NCBI GenBank assembly: GCA_973895155.1
Contig: OZ316892.1
Location: forward strand, 26,993,233-27,057,232
DNA length: 64,000 nucleotides
From: Marsupella aquatica
Taxonomy: Eukaryota > Plantae > Marchantiophyta
Direction of reading: 5' to 3'
Within the stretch, counting starts at the first letter, position 1. The number at the start of each line of letters is the position of its first letter. Below, one piece after another: positions 22,913-36,856 of the stretch. Below the pieces are notes generated by a model that saw only the letters and a list, made by a program, of their open reading frames with translations, was not told the origin of the DNA and did not search any database. Position numbers and translations under genes: made by a program.

Positions 22913-25900
22913 ATGGCACACCTAGGCATGAGCTCTGTCAGATTGGTAGAAAAGGGTGAGGAGGGAGGAAAGCCTGATATGCCAATCTGTGTCATGTCCT
23001 TCAAAGAAGGGCAGACTCTGGCAGATTTTTGTCTAAAATGTGTTGGTGCAGTAGAGTTTGACTTTGATTTTGGGGATGAGAGGTTGTCTGGTCGAGTCCG
23101 GCGCTTTTTAGAGAAGACTGTTGGGGTGACTGAACTTCAAGGGACAATTTACGTGATTGCAGAGTTACCCTCAATTGCCTTGCCTGCGGAGAGGGTCACT
23201 ATTGGTTCCTCTCATTCATCTGCTGCCATTGTGTCCAATGTGGCAGGCACGACTCTATTGTCTCAAGGACAAACACAAGGGGTGCCAGTACAGGCTATTG
23301 TACAGCCTGTCACGGGCTCCTTTGAGTCTCACCTCATATCTGAGGCTGCATCAAAGGCTTGGAATGATGAGTGGGTGGAGCTACAATCCTGGGTAAACCA
23401 GAAGGGCTTTGGTGAGCACAAGTGGAAAGTGCGGACGTGGGATGAGGGAGGGGAGTGTCAAGGTCATCTAGAATGCTTAGAGTGTAGGGAGACTTATGGG
23501 AATGCAGCCACTTCACAGGTGCTCAAGTCCATTGCAAATTGCTTTAGCAACTTCAAGACAAAGCACCTGACCAACCCTAAACACAAGGAGAACTGGTGTA
23601 AGCGAAGGGGTTTAGCTGGAGCTTTGGTGACGGCTGCTGACACTATACAGCAACCACTGTTTGATCATAGTATGCAAATAGGGGCTGGTGTGGAAATAGT
23701 GGGAAAGTTGAATGCAGAGGTAGGTGGGGTGGTAGAAGTGTTCTCTATCACACCATCTCCCACTGATCCAACATTTGCACAGAGGTCATTCCTGTCTAAG
23801 GTGAGATGTACAGTCTGTGGTGAGCTACATACTGACATGTGCCTTAAGAAATCCAATTTGGAACACAATTTAAGGCAACATCTTGTCAGTCGGGATCATA
23901 TGGATGCACTTGAGAACGTCGTCACCAGTACCCAGGCTGCACTGAGGGCAAGGAAGAAGGGGAGACCAAGGAAGCCTGATGCTCGTGATCTGTTTCCATC
24001 TCAAAATTCTATTATGAATTTCTTTAGAGAGGACAACTCTGCTGCAAGGAGCAGTTCAGGCAGAGGTGGGTTGTATTCCTCCATTGAGCCAAGTTTAAGT
24101 TTGCTTTGTTGGGGCTATGGGAGTCAGAGGTCAAGTGGACAGGGGATTCTATGGCTGTGAAGGGCATACTTGATGATCAAGAGGGAGGGAATGTCTGGGA
24201 CTGTGACCGTACCACCCGTGCTGAGGTTTTCAATATAACTAGCCAATTAGTTGTTGGTATACAGGATTGTTTTAGGCACAAGCAATGTCACAGGGTGTCC
24301 ATTAATGGAGGTGGTTTTCAAAACCTCACTTGCACTCTATGTGATTCTATAAAACGTGAAGATGATTTTCGTGGCAGGGTGCACAGGGAAGCGAAAGCAT
24401 TAGTGCAGAGAGGAGACAGGACTACACAGGGTGGGATGAGGTTGGCATACTTGACCAAAACCGAACTGAGGGAATAGGTTGGTAACCTCAACACTCGCTT
24501 TAGGAAACAGCGTTGGCTGTTGGCACAACAGGCTCAGAAAATTTGTGCCTTGAGTGTTAGGCGAAAGAAGCTAGAAGATTTATTAGGAGTAGCCCATGAT
24601 AGGAAAGATTTAAGACTGTTTCTGAGAAATATTGTGAATGGACATAGGCATGGTGCTTTTGGTGGCAAGGAAGGGTTGTGGGATTTCCTGACAGATGTAG
24701 CTAAGAACTTGCAGAGAGTTGCTAAGGGTTATCAATACAGTAAGAGAACCAAGGCCTTTTCCCAAGCCATGTTCTAGTTTGGAGGTAGACAAGTGGCTCA
24801 TTGTTTCCAGGAAGATCTAGGTGGTCCAGGTCTGAAGACCTTAAAATGTGATAGAGCAAAACTACCACCCTTTAGAGCTGGCATTCAAAAAGAGATATTC
24901 CAGGAGGTGTGCAGAGTACTATGTGCATCAAAGCAGTCACTTGGAATTTCAGGAGATGTACCAGTAATGTTTGCTGAGGATGAAACAAGGATAAAAGAGA
25001 GACCCAGGTTTGTGTTTTTGTCTCTATAGTAAATTAGCTTGTTCTTTTCAATGTGTTGGATGAGTTTGCACGTCATGAGCTGATGTCTGTATTGTATTGT
25101 GTGTAACAGATGGGAAGCTAAATATGACACCCTCATTGGTTTCTGTGGCCCCTTAGAGGAGCACACATGTTCTTTTGGCTTGGAAGTATTGGTTGGAGTA
25201 GGTACTGAAGGGTATGACAAGATTGTAAGTACTTTTGAGCAGTATGCCAAAGACATGTATGCTAGAGTAATCATTGTCAATCTTGAGCTGCATGCAAAGA
25301 TGCCTAAATTGGCATTGTGTGTTGTACCAACATGTAACAAGTTTAAAGCTCCCTGGGTAAGAGAGCATTGGGTGCAGCTAAAGTCCATGTGGGACACACA
25401 TTGTAGAGACAGTGTTGGTCCTTTGTTGGGCCATGCTAGTGATGGTGATGCTCATCGTAGGAAATTGATGATGGAAGATTATACTGCTATGAATGTTTCC
25501 TTTCCTAGGTACAGTGTAGGATGGGTTGGGTGGCAATACTCAGTGTCCATACTTTCGAATGGAGATTTATATGGTTTTGGAGACCAAGACCCACCTCACA
25601 ATGGCAAAAAGGCAATTAACCCATTAGACCGAGTGTTTGCTATGTTAGTCCTTGGTGATCAGCATGCATCTTTGTCAAATGTCACATCTGTTTATAACCA
25701 CTATGCAATTCATGAGCATGGTTTGCATTGGGATGATGTGAATAGGACAGATAGACAAAATTGGGCTGGCCCACAACGAATAGCTTCCAGGAGAGTGCAA
25801 GCCTGCCTGCAGCATATGTATGAGCAATGAGATGTTTGTCATGACAGAAGCTTTGGGACCATGATATACTTGGAGGTTTGTGCAGACTACATGGATATTT

Positions 25901-27513
25901 TCTTCTCTGTTAAGTATGACCTAAGAACCCGTGTTGTCTTGGCATCAAAGGTATCTTGGTTCTTCCGATTGTGGAGGCTATGGTTGAGGTATGGTGATCA
26001 TTCTGTGATAGGGAATGTTGGATCTATCACAGAGAAGAACGTGATTTTTGTGTAGGCTTTCCATGATATCAACATGTCTTGTCATTTTGTAGTATTGTTA
26101 ATCTGTGCCTTTTGGGACAAGTTCCCATATCTGCAAGTTCCATTTCACTTGCTGGGATCAGATTGTTGTGAGATATTTTTCAGCAAGGTAGGTGGCATGA
26201 GTGGCCATGAGAGAAATGATGACTTTGGATCTCTACTGGATAGTGCATAGTGCAGTGAGACTGAATCGACTAGCTGGATTAGAGTATGGACCAGAGGGAT
26301 TGAAGATACGTCGATCACATGATAAACAAGATCATGTTTGGGCAACTTTACATCCTCTGGATGAAGGAGAACAAGCTCCAAATTTATTTGATTACTCTGC
26401 AGTTCAGACTAATGATCTGGTTGTTGATGCTCTAAAGGAAGGTTTGGGGGAAGCAAAGGATTTGTTGTGCAAGTTGAACATGTCACCAAGGAGTTCTTTG
26501 CCAGCAGCGAAAAGACGATGGTGGGTTCATCCTTGGGAGGTGGAGGCAGAGACTTGGCCAGATACAAGTGTCATGAAAGAGGCTGTGTTATGTGATGATG
26601 CTGAAGACATAGTTGAGCATCGACCTACTGTAGGCCCTAGACCTGAGCCCCCAATTAGAGAGTTTCTAGAGTTTGATGATCCTGAAGAAGATCTCAATCG
26701 GATTGATTCATGGGACACTCTGGACAGTCATGATTGTATTGAGCCATTAACAGTTGATGATTGTGAGATTGAGGTGGACACTGACCCATTTTGTGAGATG
26801 GAAACACTAGGACATGAAGTAAGGCATGTCTTGGCTGGAGTTCAAGCAGACTTAACTGATGTACAGACACCCCGGTCAGTGGTGTCTACTGTAACTTATG
26901 AGGGAAGGACTATCTACAAGTCCACTCTTGTTAGTCAATTGTGCTGCAATCCTTTCATGTCAAAGGATCTAGGCTAACTAGGATAGCCCAGAAGACCTAT
27001 TACACTACTGGTAAGGAGAAGAAAAATGGTGACTCTGTGACTTGTTTGGTTGACATTGGTACTGATATAGCAGTTTTGTTTGAGTCTGCTGCAGAGGTTG
27101 GTCCTTCTACCAAATTATCCAAGTCAAAGAAGAGGAAGGGAAGAGATAAGGCGTCTACTGTTGTCAAGGCACTATCTGCAAAGAAGGAATATTGGTTGGG
27201 TAGGATTGAGTTTATGATACAGAAGAATGGCTCCCATTGGGTCAGACGTCAAAAAGCAATAGATCTGTTGGACAGGCCTGTACCTGCAGTTGGATAGAGT
27301 GGAAGTGTGTGCCGCTTGCAATGTAATTGGTACAAATCTATTGGTAACAACAAAACTTTGTTCACTTATGATGCAATGGATGGACAATGGATTGATATTG
27401 AGATGGTAATTTCAAATGTGAACTTGACTATGAAGTCTGGGGTAGTTGACAGAGTATGTACTAGATCCAAATGACTTGCAGGCTTTGACCACATACATTC
27501 AGAGTGTGAGTAA
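22913..27513 (+). pseudogene. P-element/THAP9-like DDE transposase with N-terminal C2H2-type fingers and AT-hook; several stops and frameshifts; intron 25008-25109
   Basis: Ordered motifs FAEDETRI (24970-24993), HASDG (~25432-25446), DPPHNGKKAINPL (from 25588), DRQN (25750), GSDCCEIFFSKVG (from 26155) match the P-superfamily pattern FDE / SD(G) / DxxHxxKxxRN / QDxxExxF. Confidence 0.75.
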
Positions 27514-29588
27514 ATTATGATATATACTTGACTATTGTTTATTGTAAGTAGTTTATTGTGTGTGTATGTGATGCATGTTTAGGGTTAGTGGGAGGGAGTA
27601 GAGTAGGGGATGGCGGATTGGAAAATTGAGATTTATGCTCAATCAGGGGTTCAATTCCCCTCCATCATGTGAACATCATCATGTTGGGAGCTTGTGAAGC
27701 AAGGTAGAGAACCAATGCCTTGAATAGGTAACCTATGGTGTTTGGTTACCTATTCATGGTATCTGGCACCCACCATGCTTCACTATTCAAGAGTGAGAAT
27801 TACAAGTTGTTAGATGATCGTGAATGCAATTTACAAGATATTCAGCTTCATAATCGAACTGCATCGAATGTATTGGAAATGCATATCAATTTACACAATT
27901 GGCTCTACACTATTGAGGTACTTTACTTTCCTTAATAGGCATTTTTTTAATCATCATAAACTTTACATAAAGTTTTATAGGGGTAAACAATTCAAAAAAT
28001 GGCCGCTTTTCAGAAAGTAAGGGAGTGATGAAAAAAAATTCACTTAAAAGTTAGGGGGTCCAGACCCTAAAACGTCGCACGTGATGTAGAGCCCTACATA
28101 CAGTGACCCCTCCGAGTATGGAATGCCCAAAATTGTTACATGATCACAATGAAAGAATATATTTGAGAAAAAATCTCAATACAAGTCAAACTAAAAATAA
28201 AATATTTTACAAATTGCAGGAAAATTCATGAAAAAATAATAAGAAATGCCCAAAATTGTTACATGGTCACAACAAAAAAACATCTTTTCATATGATGATC
28301 ATTTATGATGAGAGAAGCTTACGAGGTTATGCCCCTAGAGGTTGACCGGCACGAGTGTTTTGACACATGGGTGAGAAACAAACGTGAAATTACCGCCATT
28401 TGAGCTAGGCTAGCATGGACCGATATTACGGCCCTACGTCGCAACTGTAAACGGCAATAGACATTCACCTACTTCATAAAGATTGCAACAGAAGAACGCA
28501 TAGCTGAATGAAGGTTGCGTTTTAGAAAGCTCATTACCGGAACGAGAAAGTCTATAATGGCGGTAAGAAGCTCGGTTTTGGATTGGATGAATTCAGAATG
28601 ACGCACAGTTGAATAAAGATTACGATTTCTGGATGTGATTACGAGCATATATTAAAAAGCTCATTGGCGGGACAACAAAATGTATAATGGCGGTCAGAAG
28701 CTTGATGGTGAGTTGACGATTTTAGAGAACTATGTGCAAACAATCGCAATGGGGAATAGACCATTTTCTGCGCCATAGGGCGCCACTTTAAAGAATCTCA
28801 AGCCGTTGGTGGAATCCACAAGATTGCAGAATTTCATCTCCCTCACCTTTCCGAATGAAGGCACTTCTTCTGTCATTCACCAGCTCAACACTAGTAGAAA
28901 ATGGGGCCTTTTATGACTATGACACATATGACTTATGTGCTCAAATGACAAAATATGTAAATGACATAACATAAATGACATTGAAATGACTATCCAAAAT
29001 GACGGGGTGCAAAAAATGACTAATACTTACAATAGTGTCATTTAAACCAATGAGCCAAATGACTTTGACTGCTATAATGACAATAATCATGAGTTGTAGT
29101 CATTTTGGAAAGTCTTTGTGAATGACACAATTAACAAAAACTGTCATATCAGTGTTTCACATATGGGAAGTCATTTCAGACGACAGTGACTAATGACTAA
29201 TAAATCAAATATTAGTGTTTAAAAATGTTAGTAGTCATTTAAACCAAAAGTGATAAATGACATGATAAACAACATATGACTATTTTGAGGTTTATGGTTT
29301 GTATATATTTTAGGGTTTAGGGTATGATTAGTCATTCAAAATGTATGGTAGTATATATAAAGACTAGTGGCACTCACATATTAGATTTGAAATACATTTA
29401 GAGACCTAACAAGCCTTCTTTTGTTGTGAGTCACATCATTAAATTGATGTACAACTTAAAGGCTTGATAATCTCTAATAAGTATGTACATTTATATATAC
29501 TTGCACCCATTTATTACATCTTTCCTATATATGCCAAGGACTCCTGAAGTGTTTACATTCCTTAAGATGTATTCACATTTCACATGTT

Positions 29589-30273
29589 GGAGTAAAGTTA
29601 CATCATCAGTTATCAGTGTTTTTCATCAGTCGACCTGATATCAGTCGCCACGTCATCTTAGAGAGGCCGCCAAGTTGGGGCGCTAAAAAAAATGCGAAAA
29701 AAAAAACTTTTGCGCATCTCAGCTGGGGCAGCTGAGATTGACTCAATCTCAACTGACCTCGCCGAGATTGGCGTAAGGCCAAAAAAAATGAAAAAAAAAA
29801 ATTTAATTTTTTTTCCAAAAATTCTCAAAAAAAAATTCCCCAAAAGTATTTTTTTCACTATGGATGTCCGTACCGTACGGACACCGCACCTCGGCGAGAC
29901 CCGCCGAGATAGACTGATGTCCGTACGGTACGGACACCGAATTTTGTCGGAATTTTTTTAAAGATTTTTTTTTTTTTAGAGAATTTTTGAAAAAAAAAAT
30001 TAATTTGTTTTCTTCGTTTTTTTTGTCCTTACGCCGATCTCGGCGAGGTCAGCTAAGATTGACGAGGTCAGCTGAGATTGACTCAATCTCAGCTGCCCCA
30101 GCTGAGATCCTTACGCTGATCTCGGCGAGGTCAGCTGAGATGCGCGAAAATGCGAAGGCCCTATCTCAGCTGCTCAGCTGAGATTCAGAAATTTCAAGGC
30201 GACCAAACTGATAACTGATATCAATGACTGATATCATTATCAGCCACTGATAACTGATGATCCTCGCTACCCC
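29589..30273. mobile_element. ~685-bp foldback/MITE insertion with long internal inverted repeats
   Basis: ATCATCAGTTATCAGTG near both ends, inverted. Inverted ATCTCAGCTGGGGCAGCTGAGATTGA and TGTCCGTACCGTACGGACA blocks. Flanking direct repeat CACATGTT (29581-29588, 30274-30281), extendable to 14 bp. Confidence 0.85.
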
Positions 30274-30384
30274 CACATGTTGGAGTATATATGGGGGCAT
30301 GCAAGGTTGCCAAATAACACTCTCGAGCATAGGTCTAGGGTTTAAGGTTTAGAATTTAGGTACTACATGCCTATATTTGCTCAT

Positions 30385-33300
30385 GTCATTTTTTTCAATA
30401 TATTATTCATGTTATTTGCAAAGGATTCCCAATCATTTTTGCTCTCATTCAACTTTCTAGTCATTTGACAAGTGCCGCTAGATGTCATTTATGCAAATGT
30501 CATTTGGGATGTCAATGTTGTGGTCATGTATGCCATGCAGAATATGACTCTTAAGAGCCTTTGGTGGCTGATTGACCCCATTGGTGATAGGGGCCGGCCA
30601 TTAAGGATGATACCCACTTCACATGGTGCAGGATAGGGTACTTGACAACCCTGGGCCACTGGTTATACCATTTGGCCTCCACAACACTTTTTAAAATACA
30701 CATTTTGCATCATGGAAGGGCATCACCCAACTTTGGGCAAAACACTTCCAAGTTGTATGACTTTGGAGTCATTTGCCCAAAGGGGTGCAAACCACTATTG
30801 TGAGTCATTGGCAAGGGATCTAGAGTCATTTGTGCATGTGACTAAGGGTTTGTGTCATTTACGGAGTGTTGGGAGACGTCATTCATGCAAATGACACAAA
30901 AATAGGTCATTCATGATGTCACTATTGCAATCATGCATGCCATGGACAATATGGCTCTTTGGGGCCTCCGGGGGTCGATTGGCCATATCCATGATTGTAG
31001 CCCACCATTAGGGATGCTACCCACTCCACATGGTGCGGGGTAGGGTACACCTAAACTCTGGGCCACTAGTTATCTCAATTTGGCCTCGCAATAGTTTTTA
31101 TGACCCAACTTTTTCACCTTGGAAGGGCATGGCCCAACTTTGGGCAAAACACTCCCAAGTTGTATGACTTTGGAGTCATTTGCCCAAAGGGGTGCAAACC
31201 ACTCGCATTTTGTCATTTGCAAGGGATATAGAGTCATTTGTGCGCTTGACTAACGGTTTTTGTCATTTGTGGAGTGCCGAGGGGTGTCATTTAAGCAAAT
31301 GACACAAAAATAAGTCATTGATGATGTCAAGGCGGCAGTCAAGCATGCCATGGACAATATGACTCCTTGGGGCCTTTGGGGGCTTATTCGCAATATACGT
31401 GATTGTAGCCGGCCATTAGGGATGCTACCCACTCCACATGGTGCGGGATGGGGTACTTGTACACCCTGAGCCACTAGTTATGCCACTTGGCCTCCACAAC
31501 ACTTTTTAAAACACACATTTTGCATCATGGAAGGGCATCACCCAACTTTGGGCAAAACATTCCCAAGTTGTATGACTTTGGAGTCATTTGCCTAAAGGGG
31601 TGCAAATCATTCTAATTTGGTCACTTGCAAGGGATCTTGAGTCATTTGTGCGTCTGACTAAAGGTTTTTGTCATTTGTGGAGTGCCGAGGGGTGTCATTT
31701 AAGTAAATGACACAAATATGAGTCATCAATGATGTCAAGGCGGCAGTCAAGCATGCCATGGACAATATGACTCCTTGGGGCCTTTGGGGCTTATTCGCAA
31801 TATCTGTGATCGCAGCTGGCCATTAGGGATGCTACCCACTCCACATGGTGCGGGATGGGGTACTTGTACACCCTGAGCCACTAGTTATGCCACTTGGCCT
31901 CCACAACACTTTTTTAAGCACACATTTTACATCATGGAAGGGCATCACCCAACTTTGGGCAAAACACCCTTAAGTTGTATGACTTTGGAGTCATTTGCCC
32001 AAAGGGGTGCAAATCATTCTAATTTGGTCATTTGCAAGGGATCTTGAGTCATTTGTGCGCGTGACTAAGGGTTTGTGTCATTTAGGGAGTGTTGGGAGAC
32101 GTCATTCATGTAAATGACACAAAAATAGGTCATTCATGATGTCAATGTTGCAGTCATGCATGCCATGGACAATATGACTCTTTGGGGCCTCCGCGGGTTG
32201 ACTGGCCATATCCATGATTGTAGCCCACCATTAGGGATGCTACCCACTCCACATGGTGTGGTATAGGGTACTCGACAACCCTGGGCCACTAGTTATACCA
32301 CTTGGCCTCCACAAAGCTTTTTAAAACACACATTTTGCACCTTGGAAGAGCATCACCCAACTTTGGACAAAACACTCCCAAGTTGTATGACTTTGGAGTC
32401 ATTTGCCCAAAGGGGTGCAAACCACTATTGCTTGGTCATTTGGAAAGGATTTAGAGTCATTTGTGCGCATGACTAAGGATTTGCGTCATTTTGGGAGTGC
32501 CGAGAGACGTCATTCGTGCAAATGACACAAAACTCAGTCATTCATGATGTTAATGTTGCAGTCATGCATGCCATGGACAATATGACTCTTTGGGGATTCC
32601 GCGGGTTGACTGGCCATATCCATGATTGTAGCCCACTATTAGGGATGCTACCCACTCCACATGGTGTGGTATAGGGTACTCGACAACCCTGGGCCACTAG
32701 TTATACCACTTGGCCTCCACAAAGCTTTTTAAAACACACATTTTGCACCTTGGAAGAGCATCACCCAACTTTGGACAAAACACTCCTAAGTTGTATGACT
32801 TTGGAGTCATTTGCCCAAAGGGGTGCAAAACACTATTGCTTGGTCATTTGGAAAGGATTTAGAGTCATTTGTGCGCATGACTAAGGGTTTGCGTCATTTT
32901 GGGAGTGCCGAGAGACGTCATTCGTGCAAATGACACAAAACTCAGTCATTCATGATGTCAATGTTGCAGTCATGCATGCCATGGACAATATGACTCTTTG
33001 GGGATTCCGCGGGTTGACTGGCCATATCCATGATTGTAGCCCACCATTAGGGATGCTACCCACTCCACATGGTGTGGTATAGGGTACTCGACAACCCTGG
33101 GCCACTAGTTATACCACTTGGCCTCCACAAAGCTTTTTAAAACACACATTTTGCACCTTGGAAGAGCATCACCCAACTTTGGACAAAACACTCCCAAGTT
33201 GTATGACTTTGGAGTCATTTGCCCAAAGGGTTGCAAACCACTATTGCTTGGTCATTTGGAAAGGATTTAGAGTCATTTGTGCGCATGACTAAGGGTTTGC

Positions 33301-33960
33301 GTCATTTTGGGAGTGCCGAGAGACGTCATTCGTGCAAATGACACAAAACTCAGTCATTCATGATGTCAATGTTGCAGTCATGCATGCCATGCGTAATATG
33401 ACTTGTTTGGGCCTTTGGGGGCTGATTGACAATATTTGTGATTGTAGCCGGCCATTAGGGATGCTACCCACTCCACATGGTGCGGGATAGGATATTCTTC
33501 AACCCTCGACCACTAGTTATGCCACTTTGTCTCCTAAAGGTTTTTTGTAGCCAACTTTTTGCACCAAGGAAGGACTATGAGATTCTTTGGGCAAAACACT
33601 CCCACATTGTACGACTCAGTAGTCATTTACCTAAAGTGGTCCATATCACTCCCATTTGGTCATTCCCAAGGGATTCCGAGTCATTTTCAAAGTGAGTGCA
33701 CTTTTTGGTCATTTGTGGAGTCCTATAATACGTCATTTATGCATTTGACATGAAAATGAGTCATTGTTGATGTCAATTCGGCAGTCACGCATGCCATGGA
33801 CAATATGACTCTTTGGGGGCTTGGACGCTGATTGGTCATATTGGTAATAGGAACCCACCATTGAGGATGCTTCCCGCAAAGAATGTATTGCATTTGGCAA
33901 TTATGGAGTGCCGTGAGTTTAGGTTTTGGGCAATGACATGAAAACAAGTCATTTATGTTG
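30385..33960 (+). repeat. 408-bp tandem array, ~8.5 copies, inside CACTA-2
   Basis: CCCACT(C/T)CACATGGTG at 30613, 31020, 31428, 31835, 32243, 32651, 33059, 33467 (spacing 407-408). Confidence 0.96.
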
Positions 33961-34594
33961 TCAATCCTAGGAGTGAGGACTATGAGATTAGCCATTTAAT
34001 ATGTGAGTGACTAATTTTATGAGAATGTCCACCAAATGACTTCCTCACTTAGGTAATTATGACGTCATTTGGTGGGTCAATGAGGATGTACATCCTAAAC
34101 CTATGCGCGCATATGTTTGTAATTTATTTTGTGTTATATACTATTTGGGAATTTTGGCACCTAGGTTTCCACATCAATGGGTTTCAAAGGCCACCAGTAA
34201 ATTAAGTTTTTGAGTCTCTGGTTATTGTAGATGGTAATACATACTTGTGACAAGTATTTGTGTCATCAAAAAAGCATTTGGCCCCAAACTTCCTCCATCT
34301 CCTAAAATTGATTGGCGAGGGGATAACAATGTTAGAGGGGTATTATGGAACCTGGAGATTGACTCCATTACTACCCTCAACATCCCAGTAAAATTCCCGT
34401 TGCCGTCCCAAAGCCTTATTTGCTGACCATGTGTCATCTTGTCATGCCCCGGCCCTATCTTCCTTGGATCCCATGAAACAATGCCCGGCCACATTGGATC
34501 CCATTTTCCCATAAGAAATTCAGACCTGGGTTTAGGGTTGCCCGTTCAGTCACACCGGTCACACATTCAAGTCACAAGTTCACGTTGGGAGTTA

Positions 34595-34820
34595 AGGTAT
34601 TCTCGTGAAGTTGAGCAGCGAGTTGAGGTGCGAGGTCACTGCTGCAAGATTGGTGCTGAGCGGTGAGTTGAAGTGCGAGGTTGCTGCTGCGCGCAACCTT
34701 GGTGCTGAACAGTGAGTTGAGGTGCAAGGGCACTACTGTGAGGTCGCTGCTACGAGGTCGCTGCTGCGAGGTCGCTACTGTGAGATCGTTGCTGTGAGGT
34801 CGCTGTGAGGTCGGTGCTGT
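34595..34820 (+). repeat. Short degenerate tandem repeats (GAGGTCGCTGCTGC ~14 bp; GAGTTGAGGTGCGAGG), probable 5' leader of the CACTA-2 transcript
   Basis: Repeats are directly visible and CpG-richer than the flanks; the leader role is inference. Confidence 0.6.
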
Positions 34821-36856
34821 GTTTTAGGGTGAAGGAGCTGAGGTCCGCTGCGCCTAATTTGTGATCACATTGTGAGTTCCCTTACGGACTTGGAACTCCT
34901 CACAGGTGCCCTTACTTACTGCCACCATTCAGTTCATGAGCTCGAGTCGTGGTGACAATTTTTGAGCCCATTTCTGAGTAGAGGATCAAACATTGGGTTA
35001 CGAAGTGGGTGCATTGAAGCTCCATTTGAGGTGTGGTTGTGTTGGAGTTGGAGCTACAGACAAAGATTAGGTCCTGAGCAGCAGTCGCAAACAATTGAGG
35101 AGCACAGGACGTGATACGAGGTGGGGGCCGCTTCATTTCATTGCTGTGGTAGTTGGCATATTACTTGCGCCTTGGCTACCTCGTTTTTCTTTTTGGCATC
35201 GACTGTTATTGCTCTGAGTTCTCTCTCTGTTTTGCTTCAAAGCTCTGTCCATTTTGTGGTGCCTCGCTTGTACAGCAGGAGAGTTCCTTGTATAGCAGGC
35301 TCAGGGACTGCGACTGTCTTTCATTGTGTGTTGTGTTATGGGCTGCAAGGTGAGAACTGCGCTCCACATTGGCGAGGACGGGATCCCTTTCTTTCAGTTT
35401 CAGTGAAGGGCCAAGCTGCAATTGAAACGCCTTTACCTGCTGCCATTTAAACCGCTTTGAGCTCCTTGAAGCTTGGGTTATCAGGTAAGAGTATGGATCT
35501 ACATTGCCCTTATTTGTTGTCCTCTTTGAATATGTACATAGCTCTACCCGATGGGGAGTATGACTGTACACTCAGCTAGAACCAAGGCAAGTGGTTGCAA
35601 TAGTGAATGAATGCTACTATCGGCCACACAAATGAATTCATTCAAGTTGAATGTTTGAGACATTCTCTAAAGTTTTACGGACTTTGCTTATATAACCCGG
35701 CGTTTGCTCTTCCGTAAGCTTTGACTGTTTATTATTGTGCGACGTGAGATTGTATGAAGGTGGGAGCTGCACTCCACACTGGCAAGGACCAGAAGGTTTT
35801 TTTCAGTTTCCAGTGAACGACAGAGCTGCAACTAAGGTAGAGCTGTGCTACATTCTACCAAGGCAGACATTGGACCTGCAAGTTTCAGTTTGAGTGAAGG
35901 ACAGAGCAACTCAGGTACAAGCAAGCTGCTAGTTCGATTAACTGAGTTGCAAGCAACTTCCAACATTCAGTGAGACTGCGAGTGATTGGAGCTACGACAA
36001 GAGCTGCGATCAACGTGGGCGGACATTGGACCTACATTGGACATTGTGTCCCCATCAGTAGAGTGCACAAATCCTGCTAATTTGCATTTTGGTCCTGGCC
36101 TGGCTTGCTTTGTGGTCCTATGCACTGTGCATCCTTTGTGTCTCCATGGAATATCAAATAGTTACATAGTTTGGTTCTTGTCTCTGCTCTGAGTACAGTG
36201 CTGTGCATTATTGTTTCATCGAGCTCCTCAAGACAGTACCAATTTGTAGAGCAGCATGTAATGCTAGGTTTGAACACCAAGGACCAAGTAGTTTTTACAG
36301 AGTCTCGGGTACAAAGCCAATGTATGGAGAGGTCAAAGGCATGAGGATTTTTCTTTAGTACAGAGTTCTTGGGATCTACAAATAATGCTTGTACATGGAC
36401 AAAGTATTTCTCTATAGATTTGTTTTTAGTCTGCCTGACTGCAGCCACTTTGTTGTCCTTCCATTCCACTCCAATGTTTGTAATTTTCTCAATCTATTGA
36501 GCCTGTCAACTCAATTGCTGCTACTTTGTTTATTTTCAACAACTTTGATAGAACACAAATTAAATAGATAGCCAGTGTGAGTCAACAAATTTTCAGAGAG
36601 TAAATCCATCCCTAGATTTTATCTCAAAGAACCATGTTTAACTTTTTGCTCTTTGTGCAGAGCACGCAAGAAGCATTGCCAAGTTATTGTACTCCGTGAA
36701 ACTTAGGTGGGCAGGACATCTGTTGATTTGGACTTTTTGCTCTCTCACGGTAAGTACACTACACACACGCTCTTCTTGTTTGTGTCTTGCCCCTCTCCAT
36801 AAACTTCTTGTAATATTCACTTAGGTAATTGTGCAGATCCACACATCACATCGGGC

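Larger units (their letters stand above)
20250..28116 (+). mobile_element. P-element-like DNA transposon (decayed) with cargo genes; right terminus 28116, left terminus not found
   Basis: P-type transposase motifs. The rc of 28067-28116 aligns without gaps to both ends of the 13151-13457 MITE. The left coordinate is only a minimum. Confidence 0.72.

Noticed and set aside
27605-27665. tRNA-like segment (GGCGGATTGG...GGTTCAATTCCCC)
   Set aside because: A B-box-like GGTTCAATTCC is present, but I could not build a convincing cloverleaf. At most a decayed tRNA/SINE head; tRNAscan-SE would settle it.
29606-30181. ORFs within the foldback element, and other antisense/overlapping ORFs in the track
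   Set aside because: By-products of palindromic or low-complexity DNA, or shadows of real genes on the opposite strand.
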